The notes: generated by a model from the sequence alone, not told the origin. A stretch of DNA of 64,000 bases from Eledone cirrhosa (GCA_964016885.1 OZ024740.1:404116001-404180000); one strand, 5' to 3'. Positions 15,079-28,574 are shown, counted from the stretch's first letter. Numbers and translations are program-made.

Positions 15079-15233
15079 ATCCACTTTTTTTTTTAAATAA
15101 ATCATACACAAAACGCCAGCACCAACAGTTTTGCAAGAGATGTCAACATGAATAGACCTGTTATTTTTAACTAAAGACATTTTTTCTAATTCCAACCCAC
15201 CCGTCCCCTCAATCTATCTTATTTCTCATTCTT

Positions 15234-15269
15234 TCTTCTGATGAAGGACTAGCGTCCGAAACGTTAAGA
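15234..15269 (+). ncRNA. minimal type I hammerhead ribozyme
   Basis: tctt-CTGATGA-a-ggac-tagc-gtcc-GAAA-cg-TT-aaga. Confidence 0.8.
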
Positions 15270-15365
15270 CACTCTTCCTGCTATATCAAGCTTTAACCTA
15301 ATATATCCCTTCCATATACTGTACTGATTGTGTTGTTATTTCTGTTTACCTTTTACATACATACA

Positions 15366-15948
15366 TGGTGGCTGCCAACTCGTTTTCGAGTACGGCCACT
15401 ACTTTATATCCATGTAGGAGAACCCCTACCGATGCGCTGAACGAGTGTGACTTTTTAGTCCAGCCAGCGACTTGAAAACTCTGGTACAAACACTACACCT
15501 GTGACAATTAGTGACATATAGTGCTGGGCCCATGGTACCATGTGACGACAAGTGCAGAGAGATCTCCAGATATAAAGCAATGCCTGTGTCGTGAAGCTAT
15601 TATAGTGAACAAAGGCACTGCACAAAGCCAGTCCCACTCCCTTAACCAAGATGATATTTACCAAAAAGAAGAACAAGTCAACATCATTGGATACCATCAG
15701 GGTTGCAGGTGTTATATCAGAGTTTTCCTTCTCTTAGAATTCTGCCTTGACAAAGGCTAAGGGGTCATCTCTCTCGGTGATTTTGGATGGCCATTGACTC
15801 TTAAGAGCTCCTTTGCCCTTTGACAGGTTTTGTTTTTAGTCCTGCAGGATGTCCAAAGTCACCCTCCTCATCAAGAAACCTTGGTGAGGTTGCCAATTTA
15901 GTCGCCAACGACCCGACCACGAGACAGGTTGTACTGGGATAGATGTTA
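15366..15948 (-). mobile_element. copy of the ~610-bp element
   Basis: near-identical to 13477-14088. Confidence 0.85.
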
Positions 15949-16439
15949 CATACATGCACACATACATACATACATACATACATACATACATACATACATA
16001 CATACATACATACATACATACATACATACATACATACATACATTAGTCCTAATTTGCTGATTAACAATTGTGAATACTTGTAGTTAAAAGTTTTTCATGG
16101 GTCGAAGCAGTACACTCCAGGCGTTTGAAATGTAAGCCATTTAACTTAACTTTGTTAAATTGTTAAATATCTTAAATTTCTTTGATTTGTAATCCCCCCC
16201 CCCCCCCCCTGTTATACTGTATGTGGTAATGCTGCTACACAACTATATCGTTTATGAGTTTTCACTAATACAAGTTTTTTTGCACCTGTTATATATACAT
16301 TTGATAACTTGGATAGGTTTTTCGTCAGTATTGGCTCAGGCCATGACTAATTTAATAGCAAAGTCTTACAAAACGGTGCCCAGCATGGCCTCAGCCGGAT
16401 GGCTGGAACAGGTAAAAGAATAAAAGAGTAAAGCCATGA

Positions 16440-16697
16440 TTCAGAGCTCCGTCGTATTTTCGACGCCATTGCCCACTCTCGTAATGAGTTATTGTTACTG
16501 GAAACATATCCACTAGTAAAGGATTTATCCAGAGTTACTTGGAGGAATTTATCCAGGGATCTTTTGAATTTTATGGGTTCTTTTTCTGTCTTGGTGTCTT
16601 TTAGAATGATATTAACGTCAGCTGAAATATTGTTGTCGTGACGCTATAAGATGTAAGGTTGATTTTTGTAGGGGATGTATAGTCCAAGGATCAAGCA
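16440..16697 (-). pseudogene. CR1/L2-group LINE ORF2 C-terminus (3' part, split by the Helitron)
   Basis: KFKRSLDKFLQ..GYVSSNNNSLREW; reading frame continues from 23321 once the Helitron is removed. Confidence 0.7.
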
Positions 16698-19600
16698 TCT
16701 ATATATATATAAAACAGAGGATGTGTGTTTGTCTGTGTGTGGATGCTACATTATTCGAGGTTGGCGTCTACACCGCTCGCCCGATCTCGCTCAAATGTGC
16801 ATACATCACTCCTCATGACCCTTTACATTGCTTAGGCTACTTTGTTTTTTGATAGGTCCCCATAGGGGCCCGCAATCCACGTTTGTCTATTTTGGGTGAA
16901 ATCGGGAGATGAGGTTGCATTTTATGCACGCGTGAAAAATTTTTCTTTTGAGTTTTTTTACCTGTTTTTTTGCTAATATGGGTAGAAAAGAGTCTAAATT
17001 TTGTTGACGTACTCGAATCATTTCGAAATTCGGTCGAGAGTGAAGCTCGAGGTCGAATCTCCACTTCGTATATAGAGAGACAGGAATAACAGGTCTTATA
17101 GTAACATTACCTTCCCCTTCCTCCTTCTTTAGAGAGAGAGAGAGGAAGATAGAGAGAGAAGTTTTGGGTGTCACAGAAATATTACATTCCCCTCTCCACT
17201 TTGGTCAGTGAGCGAACCACTGTTGCTATAGTAACATTACCTTCCCCCCTCCACCTTCTTTATTGACCGAGGAATATAGAGAGAAACGTTGTTGGTGTTA
17301 CAGTAACATTACCTTCCCCTCTTTACTTACTTTGGTCTTTGAGACCGAAGGAACCACTGTTGCTATAGTTACAGCTTCACGTGACACAAACCAGTTCTTC
17401 CTGCCAGTTCTGACCACCTGGCACCAGTTGAGTCAGTTTTTGCTTTCTTTCGGTCGAGAAGTGGACAAATTTTCGCCTTGAATCAAAAAAAAAATTTCCT
17501 GGACGCTTTGCAAAGCTTTGGTTTTCAAACGCTACACTTGCTACTTGGTTAGGCTACTGTGTAGACGTGTGCTTCACTCTCACTGCATTACATTTTGTGA
17601 CCTCGCTTTCGGACTTTGCCATTCCCAGTACGTTTTTTGTTTACTTTTTTCTTGCTTAAAATTGTAACAATTTGTCACTTTCTTTTACCTTCCCCAAAAT
17701 ACTGCTTATCACCTTCGCTTTTTTGCCTTTGCTCTAAACCTGCTTCCCCTTTACTGTTTACTGTACTATTGCAACCATGCCACTGAAAAGAAAGAGTACC
17801 CTTAGCCGTAGGAAAACATCGTCTGTTGTTTCAAAAAAGAGGCGATTGAATGAGCAGTCTACGGATGCCGGACTGCATTTTTGGCCACAAACCCCTGTTA
17901 CTTCGCTTTCAAACTTAAGTACCCCTAGCACAGCCCAACCCAGCGCCTCTCTATCTACGGTTACCGCTTCGAATCGTGCCATTCGTAATTGTTGGAATGC
18001 AGTTGCAACAGCCGCCTCTAGGGCAGCAGAGAGTGACAGCCAAAGAGCTCTTCGTAGGGCTAGGAATGCTGCAACTACTGCATCTGCAAGGGCCTTCGAA
18101 ACTAAACAGCAAACAGCCACCAGATGGTCAAAGAACGCTGCTTCAACCGCCGCCTCCCGTGCCGCAGAAACCGACCAGGAGACAGCCATCCGAAGGTCCA
18201 AGGACTCCGCCTCTAAGGCAGCTGCCAGAGCATCCCAGACCGAGATACAGACAGCCATCCGAAGGTCCAAGGACTCCGCCTCCACCGCAGCTGCCAGAGC
18301 ATCCCAGGCCGAGATACAGACAGCCATCCGAAGGTCCCAGAACGCTGTATCCACCGCCGTCTCCCGTGCCGCAGAACATCAAACAGCCCGCCGTGCTCGG
18401 TTGGACACAAACAACGCACAAATAGACACCGCCAGAGGAACAACGAGTCCACATGAGTCATTTTGGCTTATGAAGGCTTTCAACTACGATCCAACAGTAA
18501 AATACTCCGACCGTACGGACATTCAACTAGGCAGGATGGATGTCATATGCCAATTCTGTGGTGCAGAGAAGTAGCCCGGAGAACCACCTGGCCTGTGCTG
18601 CTCTAATGGGAAGGTTTCACTTCCTCCTTTGGCGGCCCCTCCAGAACCTTTGCGAGAACTTCTTAGCGGAGAAACCTCTACGTCAACTGACTTCCTTGGC
18701 AACATAAAGAAATACAACTGCGCCTTCCAGATGACTTCGTTCGGGGCCAAAATTGTCCGAGAAAGCGGGTGGATGCCAACCTTTAAAGTTCAGGGCCAGG
18801 TTTACCACTGTGTCGGTCCTCTACAGCCTGCGCCGTCAGCGCAACCCGCCTTCCTGCAAATTTACTTCATAGCTGACTACAACAAGCAGGCTGACATGCG
18901 CTCATCTGTCATCCCAGCTGATGGCCCTAGAGAGAACCTGGACAGAGACGTCCTCCTTGCGCTGCAGCAAATGCTACACTCCGAAAACAGCTACGTGCAG
19001 AGCTTCAAGTACGCCTTGGAGACTACTGACCTGCCTAACTTCAACATTGTCATCGATGCCGACAAAAGACCATCCGGAGAACACGCCCGTCGATTCAACG
19101 CGCCCGCGTGCAACGAGGTGGCAGTCGTCCTTCACGGAGACCAGCACAACCCCCGGGATATCGTCATATCCAACCGTGCTACTGGCCTCCACAGAATACG
19201 CGAAACACACCGATCCTACGACAGCCTCCAATACCCTCTACTTTTCCCCCGCGGCGAGTACGGCTACCACTTCAAGACTCCACACTGCCAGCCAAACCAG
19301 CCCTCCGTTTCTGCCGCCAAAACCGTGTCCTGCAAGGAATTTTACGCATACCGACTCATGCCTCGGAGAAACTGTTTCAACAGTTCGCACAGATCGCAGG
19401 ACCTACTGAACCAATTTGCGGTGGATATGGCAGCAAAGATGGAGTCAGAACGACTGGCCTTCATTCGAACCCACCAGCAGCAACTGCGTAGCGAAAGCTA
19501 CATACACCTGCGAGACGGCTTGACTAACGACGGGGATCCCCGAAACATTGGCAAGGTCTGCATCCTGCCTTCTACCTTCACTGGAGGACCTCGGTACATG

Positions 19601-22600
19601 CACGAGAGGACTCAGGACGCCATGACCTACGTGCGGGCCTACGGCCGTCCTGACCTCTTCATCACCTTCACGTGCAACCCGAAGGTGGATGAGATCACCT
19701 TCCAGGGCAGTCATACCACCACCGCCTTGACCTCATAGCGAGGGCTTTCGAGAGGAACATACAGAAAATGAGAGCATGTTGTGCAAAAGCCAACATCTTC
19801 GGCCCTGCTAGATGCCATACGTACACCGTAGAATAGCAGAAACGGGGCCTGCCTCACATTCATCTGTTACTGTGGCTGCAGAACAAGATCAACTCCAACG
19901 ACATCGACAAATTTATCTGCGCAGAGATCCCCAACCCTGCCACCGACAAAGAACTCTTCGACGTCGTCACGGTTTCCATTAAACACGGACCCTGTTATCC
20001 GGGTTCTAACCATTCGTGTCAGAAAGACGGGATCTGTAGTAAGAGGTACCCTAGGAAATTTGTTTCAGAGACCCAGACAGGGCCCGACGGCTATCCCATG
20101 TACAGGCGCCGGTCGCCTGAAGACGGTGGTTTTACTGCCATTGTAAGGGGCAAGCAAGTCGACAATTGATGGGTGGTCCCCTATTGTCCACTTCTCACTT
20201 CGACGTTCCAAGCCCACATTAATGTGGAATTCTGTAGCTCAGTTAAATCGATTAAATATGTTTGCAAGTACGTCAACAAGGGCTGCGATTCCGCCGCATT
20301 CGCCCTCCAGCCCGACCGGGACGAGGTCAGTGAGTACCTATCGGCCCGGTACATAAGTACAAACGAAGCGTTTTGGCGAATTTTTGGTTTTTCTATCCAT
20401 GAAAGGTACCCCAAAATCACAAACCTGGCGGTCCACTTAGAGAACGGACAGCGGGTTTACTTTACGGCCGCAAATGCTGCTCAAGTTGCGGCTAACCCCA
20501 AAGAAACCACGTTAACCGCTTTCTTTAAGCTCTGTCACGTAGACGCTTTTGCGAGAACTCTAATTTACCCTCAGGTGCCGTCCTACTTCACTTGGCACCG
20601 CAATAGCTGGGTACGGCGAAAAACTGGTAAGGTAGTTGAATCGCATCCGGGAGTTAAATTTTCTGACTGCCTCGGTAGAGTCTACACGGTTCCCCCAACC
20701 CAACCTGAGTGCTTTCACCTGCGCATTCTTCTGCACGAGGTCAAGGGGCCGCAAGGTTTCTTTGACTTAAAAACAGTAAACGGGGAACTTTGCAACACTT
20801 TTCGAGAAGCCTGCTTTAGGCTTGGTCTCTTGGAAGATGACTCCCAATGGGACTCGACCCTCGCCGATGGTGCTCTGCTGAAATCCCCACAGAAATTAAG
20901 GGAACTGTTTGCATTTTTGCTGCACAATTGTGGCTTAGCTAACCCTTCAGCCCTTTGGCTGAAGTACAGGGACGATTTGTGCGAGGACTTCCTCCGCACT
21001 GCCAAACGGCAAAATCCGTCTTTAGAAGTGGGGTTCACCGAAATCATTTACAACCAAGGGCTAATTTCCATCCAAGAAGAGCTCCTTCAACTAGGGGGGA
21101 ATGACTTGCCAACATACGGCTTGCCAGCCGCCAGCAGGGAAAATGTTAGTGTGCTGGGTCCAGATATTCTGTTGGAGACATCTTTGCCATGTTGACAACT
21201 TTCCTAGATGAAAATGAACGTAAGCTTCTTCCCGAGCAAAGGGTTGCTTATGAGACTGTCGTTGACAGTGCACTGGGTGGATTAGGTTGTGTCTTCTTTC
21301 TTGATGCCTCTGGCGGTACAGGCAAAACCTTCGTTACCTCCCTCATTTTGGCGCGTCTTCGACAACAAAAAAAGATTGCCCTTGCGATCACCTCATCGGG
21401 GATCCCCGCTACCTTGCTGCCTGGAGGGAAGACGGCTCATGCTGCCTTTAAGCTTCCGTTGGACCTCGCACGAACTGATACGCCGACGTGCAACATTAGC
21501 AAGCACTCCGACAAAGCGGCACTTCTCGCAAAATGTTGCCTCATTGTGTGGGACGAATGCACCATGGCACATAAGGGTGCTCTGGAGGCATTAGATAGGA
21601 GTTTAAAAGATATCAGGAACTCCTCGGCACCCTTGGGTGGCGTGACTTTACTGCTTTCGGGTGACTTCAGGCAAACGCTGCCTGTTATCCCCAAAGGGAC
21701 AAGGGCTGATGAAGTCCGCGCATGCCTGAAGTCGTCGACGCTTTGGCCTATCGTTCGGACACTCCGCTTGAGCGTTAACATGCGGGCGCAGCTGCTCGGG
21801 GACAGCACGTCTGCTGAATTCGGCCAGGCCATCCTAGCTATAGGAGAAGGCCGACTTCCTTCCAACGAAAATGGTGAGGTGTCGCTGGCATCTGTCAGTA
21901 ATACAGTTGACAGTCCTCAGGCCCTTTTAGAAGCTGTTTTTCCAAACCTACATGTTAACTAGACTAACTTAGATTGGCTTAGTTCAAGAGCCATCCTAGC
22001 CCCCAAAAACTCTGCTGTTAATGCTCTCAACGAAGAGCTACTCGGCAAGATTCCAGCCCAAGAGAAAGTTTTAAAGTCTATAGACCGCGTCACCGATCCA
22101 CAGGAGGCGACGGATTACCCAGTAGAGTTTTTGAATAGCCTTGACCCCCCAGGTCTCCCACCCCACATCCTGAAGCTCAAGGTCGGCAGTCCGATTATGC
22201 TTATGCGTAACATGCGCCCCCCAAAACTGTGCAACAGCACTCGAATGGTAGTCAAATCAATGACGAACCATCTCATTGAAGCAACCATTTTAACTGGTTG
22301 TGGTAAAGGTGAAACCGTCATGATTCCAAGGCTAAGCATCCAACCTTCGACCACGGAGACATCCCGATAGGTTTTAGGCGACATCAGTTTCCCGTAAGGC
22401 CTTGCTTCGCGATCACCATAAACAAATCTCAGGGTCAAACTTTGTCCGTGGCGGGCATTCATCTAAAAGAGCCCTGCTTTGCTCATGGCCAACTTTATGT
22501 TGCCTGCTCGCGAGTTGGGAGTAAGGACTCCCTTTTTTCATACACACCCAACGGTATGACCCGCAACATAGTCTACAAAGAGGTCCTGTAACGTGCATTA

Positions 22601-23320
22601 GCACTGAGATGATTTAACACAAAAAGAGTTTATATATATACAAACACATACACACACTCACATACAGATATATATATATCATTATCTATAAAAGCGAGTG
22701 TGTGTGCATGTTCCTTTTCTATACGATTAAAAAAAAACATGTCCTTCAATGGAAAATTACTTATCAATATTCGAAATAGCTTCAATTAGGTCATGCAGAA
22801 TTTATATATTTAAAATTGATCCCCAATTACGCCAAAAAAATCGATAAAACTCAATAATTCACGATATACCTCTCTCATAAATCTGATATCGAAACTGAAG
22901 ATTACGACCCTAAATGGTAGACAGTTCGAAATACTGCTGCTGCTGTGCTTCTGGCTGTTGCTCATCTCATTCTATCAGGCTCTTCCAACAACTTTACAGT
23001 ACTTTATCATCCGTTAAAAAAAAACTGTTTTTTGGCTGTTTTTTGTTTTCGACATAAAATGTATTACGATTCTGTTTGCTATTCTTAATATATATATTTT
23101 TTTTGTGTTCCCTTTTTGTGATTTTTGTTGGTTTCTTGGTTGAGAAAAGAAGATGCTAAAACCGGGTTGAAGAGATTTTCATTTCTAAATTCTATTATCA
23201 TTACAACTTTGACATATTTTATGTAAAGTGAATATGAGAAAAAAAAATTCTTCATATTTATTGTTTCCTAATCTGAATAAAAACAGCAGTAACCCGGGCA
23301 ACGCCGGGTCATTCAGCTAG
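16698..23320 (+). mobile_element. full-length Helitron (rolling-circle transposon), pseudogenised
   Basis: 5' TC preceded by A (16697); 3' hairpin acccgggcaacgccgggt at 23292-23309, CTAG at 23317-23320, followed by T; no TSD; RepHel coding region inside. Confidence 0.95.
17777..22591 (+). pseudogene. Helitron RepHel (Zn finger, HUH Rep endonuclease, PIF1 helicase) with several stops and frameshifts
   Basis: CQFC..CCSNGK; Rep motifs FITFTCNP, VE*QKRGLPHIH, YVCKYVNKG; helicase motifs GGTGKT, WDECTM, GDFRQTLPV, QFPVR..FAITINKSQGQT, HGQLYVACSRV; 20-aa N-terminal repeats. Confidence 0.95.
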
Positions 23321-24070
23321 TTGGGTATATTTCAAAATTGACGCCCACATCAATTGGGAAGTGTTGTTGAAATATATTCAACGTCATACAAATGGTGTGT
23401 TCACAGCGTTTTGGGAAAAAGTAGAGTTGTAGTTTTTCTTGTTCATCTCAGTAGTCAAGGCCTGTTATGCTGTATATCTTTTCTGTAATTGACGTCTGGT
23501 GCATTTCCATTTTCATAATACTTTGTTCCATGAGAGGAAACAAAGTATTATTAGCATTAGCAACAATATTCAAGGTGGAGCAAGACAAATATAGAGACGA
23601 GAAGGGTTATGGTATGCATATCTGTAGACTAGGAATACATCCGGTGGGTCATGGTAATTGTTGTTGTTTATGTGGGTACTCCAGCTTATGTTATTATCGA
23701 GAGTTACTCCAAAGGCTCTAGTGTTGTTGGATGTCGCGAGGGCTTTGGCTGATGTAAGTTAATATGATAATTTAAATGCATCCTTTTTACAAAGTGAATT
23801 AGTTCAAATATATCTTCAATTAGTAGGCTCTGTTTCTTTTTCGCCCATTGTATAACATCAAGCAGATCCGGTTGAAGGCATGTCTGGTCTCGCATCCCAT
23901 TGATTGGAATCATCTGCAAATACTCTTATTTCGTTGTATTTGATGACGTCTATAATGTCCTTGTTGTAAATAATAAACACAGCGTGTGTATATGACTTTT
24001 TAATGACTTTTGCTGAAGGTCCTCCAGTCACACAATATGCTATATTCTGTTCACCAGGAAACACTCAATC
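23321..24070 (-). pseudogene. CR1/L2-group LINE reverse transcriptase fragment
   Basis: IRVFADDS, LQPDLLDVIQWA, and GLDY*DEQEKLQLY (degenerate L.Y.ERL..L.LYSL motif). Confidence 0.75.
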
Positions 24071-24335
24071 TACTAACGTAGCTTCTCAGAGACTATACTG
24101 TTGGATAGTTTCTTCAACAGGCTGCTTCAACGCTCATACACGCATATAAACCACACACACACATAAACCACACAAACACACACCCAGTTCTGTAAGACGG
24201 GAAGTGATAGTCCTGCTCAGAAGAGATGCAAACTAAGGGGAGGTAATGGATAATTTCCAGTCATAACTTGAATGCTGTGTTTAAAACTTAGTTGCTGTCC
24301 TTAGAGCGGCTGGCTTCGATCCTATTTTCAGGAAC

Positions 24336-24472
24336 TGGACAGCTAGGAGAACATTTCAGGAAAGATTTTTGGACAGCTAGGAGAACATTTCAGGAAAGAT
24401 TTTTGGACAGCTAGGAGAACATTTCAGGAAAGATTTTTGGACAGCTAGGAGAACATTTCAGGAAAGATTTTT
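24336..24472. repeat. 34-bp tandem repeat, 4 copies
   Basis: tggacagctaggagaacatttcaggaaagatttt repeated with period 34. Confidence 0.95.
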
Positions 24473-24689
24473 CAAAAACAATGCCAAGAAAATACCCTAA
24501 AATGGTAGAATAAAAAGAAAATTAGAAAATAGAAAATGTGAATAAATGCAAAGAATATTTGAGAAGTGCAGAAGAAATATGAAAACAATGTGTGAAATAT
24601 ACATATAAAAACAAAAAAAATGAAAGAATGAAGAAATATGAGAAGAGCACATGCAAAATTACCAAGAAAGGACATTAATTTTTACCATA

Positions 24690-25350
24690 GAAACTAACTT
24701 GAAATCAGTGAATTTTATCAACGTCATCCTTGACCTATCGAATTCTCAGTACGACCCCTTTCACATGCCTATCGAAACACTTAATCACAGGAAGTCTCTC
24801 ATAGCAACATCTTAAATAACCTTGTTAAAAATGTATCTCAAACCTTCATTCTAAAGACCACTCCACCTACTATAACGACACCTTAACACACAATGGTTTC
24901 AAGAAAAAATCACGTGTACTGAACCTACCCACTCCCGAATACGTAATCGTAGGAGTTGGTAAATGGAATATCTGCTAGCATAATCCCACTCTATAATTTA
25001 GAAGCCACGCCTTTGGTCAAATTATTTTTTGCCTTTCTTAGAAAGCCCTGCCCACATTATCGGTCTTATGAAATATTTAATGAGAACGCAATAAAAATCT
25101 TATATTCTACTACCTCCTACCCCGACCAACATTTCTAACCGAAACAAACCTATCACGTCAGCTACCCTTTATGAACTAATTGTACTTCATGTCCTCTTAA
25201 TTTTAACTGTTTGACCAAAGACAATTTTTCCTAATGTAAATTTCTCGCAGCCAGCTCTACTAAGACATACATCAGCCTTGCTGATAACCCATTCAAAACT
25301 AGATGTAAGCAGCATTTGTTTTTCTCTCAGACATGTCTCATGCCAGTCAC
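24690..25350 (+). pseudogene. degenerate Penelope-like RT C-terminus, linker and GIY-YIG start
   Basis: NFINVILDL..YDPF, YEIFNENAIKILYS, CPLNFNCL, TYISLADNPFKTR. Confidence 0.6.
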
Positions 25351-25467
25351 GTACTTGCTAAAATTCCTATTGTTTCTGCTTACCCCACTACTATGCGATC
25401 AAATTAATCACCTGCTTTAGTTGTTTCAATTACACCATATTTACCCTCCCTCTTCCCTTGAACACTC

Positions 25468-25557
<90 letters not shown>

Positions 25558-25682
25558 ACACACACACTCACACACTCTCTCTCTCTCTCTCTCTCTCTCG
25601 ATCATTCATATTTCAGAAACTTGTATTTACGCTCGACTCACACGGAAATTTAGACCTATAATATTTTTGTTATTATTTTTAT

Positions 25683-25852
25683 TGGCAGTATCGGTAGTGA
25701 GTCGGACACCATGCTTTGCAGCAAAGAGTTACAGCCCTTTATGGTCTGAGTTCAAATCCCGCCGGGATTAACTTTGCCTTTCATCCTTACGGGGTCGATA
25801 AAATAAAGTACTAGTAATGCACTGGGATAATTGCTGGCCTTGTGCCAGAAGT
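25683..25852 (+). mobile_element. tRNA-derived SINE interrupted near its tail by Tx1-like LINE pieces
   Basis: A-box TGGCAGTATCGG, B-box GAGTTCAAATCC; the tail resumes at 27173. Confidence 0.8.
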
Positions 25853-26029
25853 GGGGAAGTTTTGTTGTTTGAATTTTTTTATTTGTTTTTACACATTTCT
25901 GTCTTGTTATAACCTTTTTACAAGGCCAAACCCCCACTTTGTATCGTCCTGAGCCGTCTGCAATGTTTTTTCTTCATGTTAGCCCTTGTGGATAATAAAG
26001 AAACCATTAATATTATTAGTCGGCCCTCC

Positions 26030-27172
26030 GCTGGGCATGCCGTGGCTGATGATGCGCAGGCACGCGCTCAGGCTACGACATCTCCACCTCTTCCTCGACG
26101 GTGATCAGGTGTGGTCGCCGTTTGCTAGACGCGTTTTTCCCCAGCTCGTTTCCTTGACGGAGCTGCAGTCCTGGGTCAAGCGAAGACCGAGAGGGAGCGC
26201 CTGGAGACTGGAATGTCTTCAGGCGCTCACAGCCCTCGACCAATCGGGCAATGTGATCGGTGGAAACTCCACCTCGGCGTTCTATAGAGGATTAGTGGAG
26301 GGGAAGAGCGACGACGTACTTGGGGAAACTCTAGGCGTCGACGAAAATCAACTAGCCAATCTCTTCGGAAGAACTTTCGGGCCGGGGCCTATGGACAACT
26401 TCCAGAAATCTCTGGCCTGGCAGTGCTACCGAGGAGCCTTGCCAGTTCGGGATAAACTCTACAGGCATGGAGATGCCGTCAGCCGGGCATGTCCGAGATG
26501 CGCGCAGGGCGACGAAACCGTCCTGCACGCACTCGTCCAGTGTCCGAAAATTGCTGACTTGTGGGTTTATGTCGAACACCTGCTGTCGCGTTTAGGACGG
26601 ATCCAGCTATCATCTGAGTCTATCGTGAGGATTGCCCCGCCCTCCTCCTTTAGCCGGGAAGGGCAGGCAGTTTTTATCTGTCTGGTGGCCATGGCGAAAG
26701 AGATAGTATGGTGGACACGTTTGAAAGGGCTGAAGACGAGCACTTACCTCTTCGGTGATGCTCTGATTGACTTTTTCAAATTTCATTTGAAAAGGAAAAT
26801 CAGAGTAGAGAAGGAAGTGCTCTCTTCCCAGCATTTTGTTGAAAGATGGGTGAGAGAAGCAAGAATGGCCCGAGTGAATGGGCCGACTCTGAGTATATAT
26901 CTGTAAACTAAAGGTGGAAAACTGGGAGAGGGCACTTGCCTTGGTGGTCAGGGTCATTGTGGCTTTTTACTGGGCTTTCTCCACAAATGTCCCTCCGAAG
27001 TCTGCCCCCTATTGGGGAATTTTTCATTGTTATTTTTTGTTACATCCTCTGTTTTTGTTTTTTACACGCAGAAATGCCCATTTGTACCGTCCTGCATTGT
27101 CCTGCACTGTCCTTAATGTCTACTTTATGTAAACCCTTGTGGTTAATAAAGAAATCATTATTAGTCGGCCCT
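26030..27172 (+). mobile_element. 5'-truncated Tx1/L1-clade LINE (ORF2 C-terminus to 26906, plus 3' UTR)
   Basis: LAWQCYRGALPVRDKL..CPRC..ETVLHALVQC zinc knuckle; 3' UTR with aataaa; a second 3' UTR copy at 25853-26029. Confidence 0.85.
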
Positions 27173-27217
27173 CCTTGTGCCAAAAGTAGAAACAATTATT
27201 ATTATTATTATTATTAT

Positions 27218-28545
27218 TCGTCTGTTCGGACGTCTTTTTGCTCACTCCCAGTAAGTCGCTTTATTTACCTGTTATAATTATTTGTTGTTAAATTTTTCTT
27301 GTTGTGTAAAGGATATAAACCCTTGGACTTTGCCTTAGGAAGGGTAAAGTATAATATTTGCGCCTTTTGGCCCAAATATTTGAACATTTTACTTTAAAAA
27401 AAATTTTTTAAAGCATGGCTGAGCCACGCCCCCCAGCAATATGTCTGCTGTCGTGTGACAACGGCGTAAAAGTTGAGAGGAGGGTTACAGAAATTGATAC
27501 AACAAACACTACCACAAACAACGTAAACAAAGACAACAAAACTGAGAACACTAACCAAAATACAGACAACAGAAGAAAAAAATGACAACAAATGCAACAA
27601 CGATATTAATACCACTAACAGGGAAAAGAAACAGCGACAACACCAACAGCAACAATACAAATTGCACCGAAAACAACAACGGTGGCACAAAAAACACAAC
27701 CAACTACAACAGTGATAACAGCAACAACTCCAACAACACCGTTTGTAGCAGTAGCAACAACAACAGCACCAACAACAAGACCAGTAGTGGCAGCAATAAT
27801 GGTGCCACTGAAAAAGGGGCCACATCTTTCGCAGGTATGGCCCGAAATATAGAGACAGTGCTAGTCACAGAGGAGGAGATGGCAGTCGCAAGAAATGACA
27901 ATAGAGATTCCCTGCAACCTCCACCTGATTTCTTCAAAGACCAAAAGCTGCGCACGGTGACTTACCGCACCATAAGCAAAATAGACGTACAGTAGACGTA
28001 CATTTCGCCACCCCCCAAGAGGCGAAGTCTCACTCTTTGGAAACCCTAAAGAGTGAGGAGATAGTCTTGATGCTCTCCTACTGCGGGCAGAAAATTGTGA
28101 GGGTCAAAGTGACCCAGGTCCTGCCCGACGCGGTCATACCTTGGCTGGCCGCGTCTGTACTTGCTGGAATCGAGGAGAAGACCACCATACTGCAAATACA
28201 GAGAATAGGAAGAGAGAACTAGTCATGAATAGGCATGCAAATGCTAATACAAACTGACCAGGAGTGCATCGAGGCCATCTCAGATATCATAGACCTCGAG
28301 GAAGGACTCCAAATCCCTATAAGCGTGGAAGGAGGGCGCCCAAAGTGCTATCTCTGTGGGCAGAAGGGTCACCTCAGGGCCTTCTGCCCGCAGAAGACAG
28401 CCTAGAAGATAGCCCCCTCCTTCCGACGCCTGATCCGCTGCTACCAAGAGCAGGGCAAGCAACAGAGGCAGAAGACCCTTCTATGGTGAGTAGGAGGGCA
28501 ATGTCCGTGGCACCCATACCAAGGCCAAAAGAGGCCAAAACAAGG
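27218..28545 (+). pseudogene. 5' part of a Tx1-like LINE, ORF1 (Asn/Thr-rich N-terminus, CCHC knuckle)
   Basis: TSFAGMA; VEGGRPKCYLCGQKGHLRAFC at ~28325-28390; broken by stops. Confidence 0.7.
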
Positions 28546-28574
28546 CAAAATACAGATATAATATATATTATATC

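Noticed and set aside
13566-16067. Repeated 80-127-aa ORFs suggesting a gene family
   Set aside because: Incidental frames in copies of the 610-bp non-autonomous element; no recognisable domain
17758-18461. Antisense and alternative-frame ORFs in the Helitron
   Set aside because: Shadows of the GC-rich, 60-bp-repeat N-terminal RepHel coding sequence
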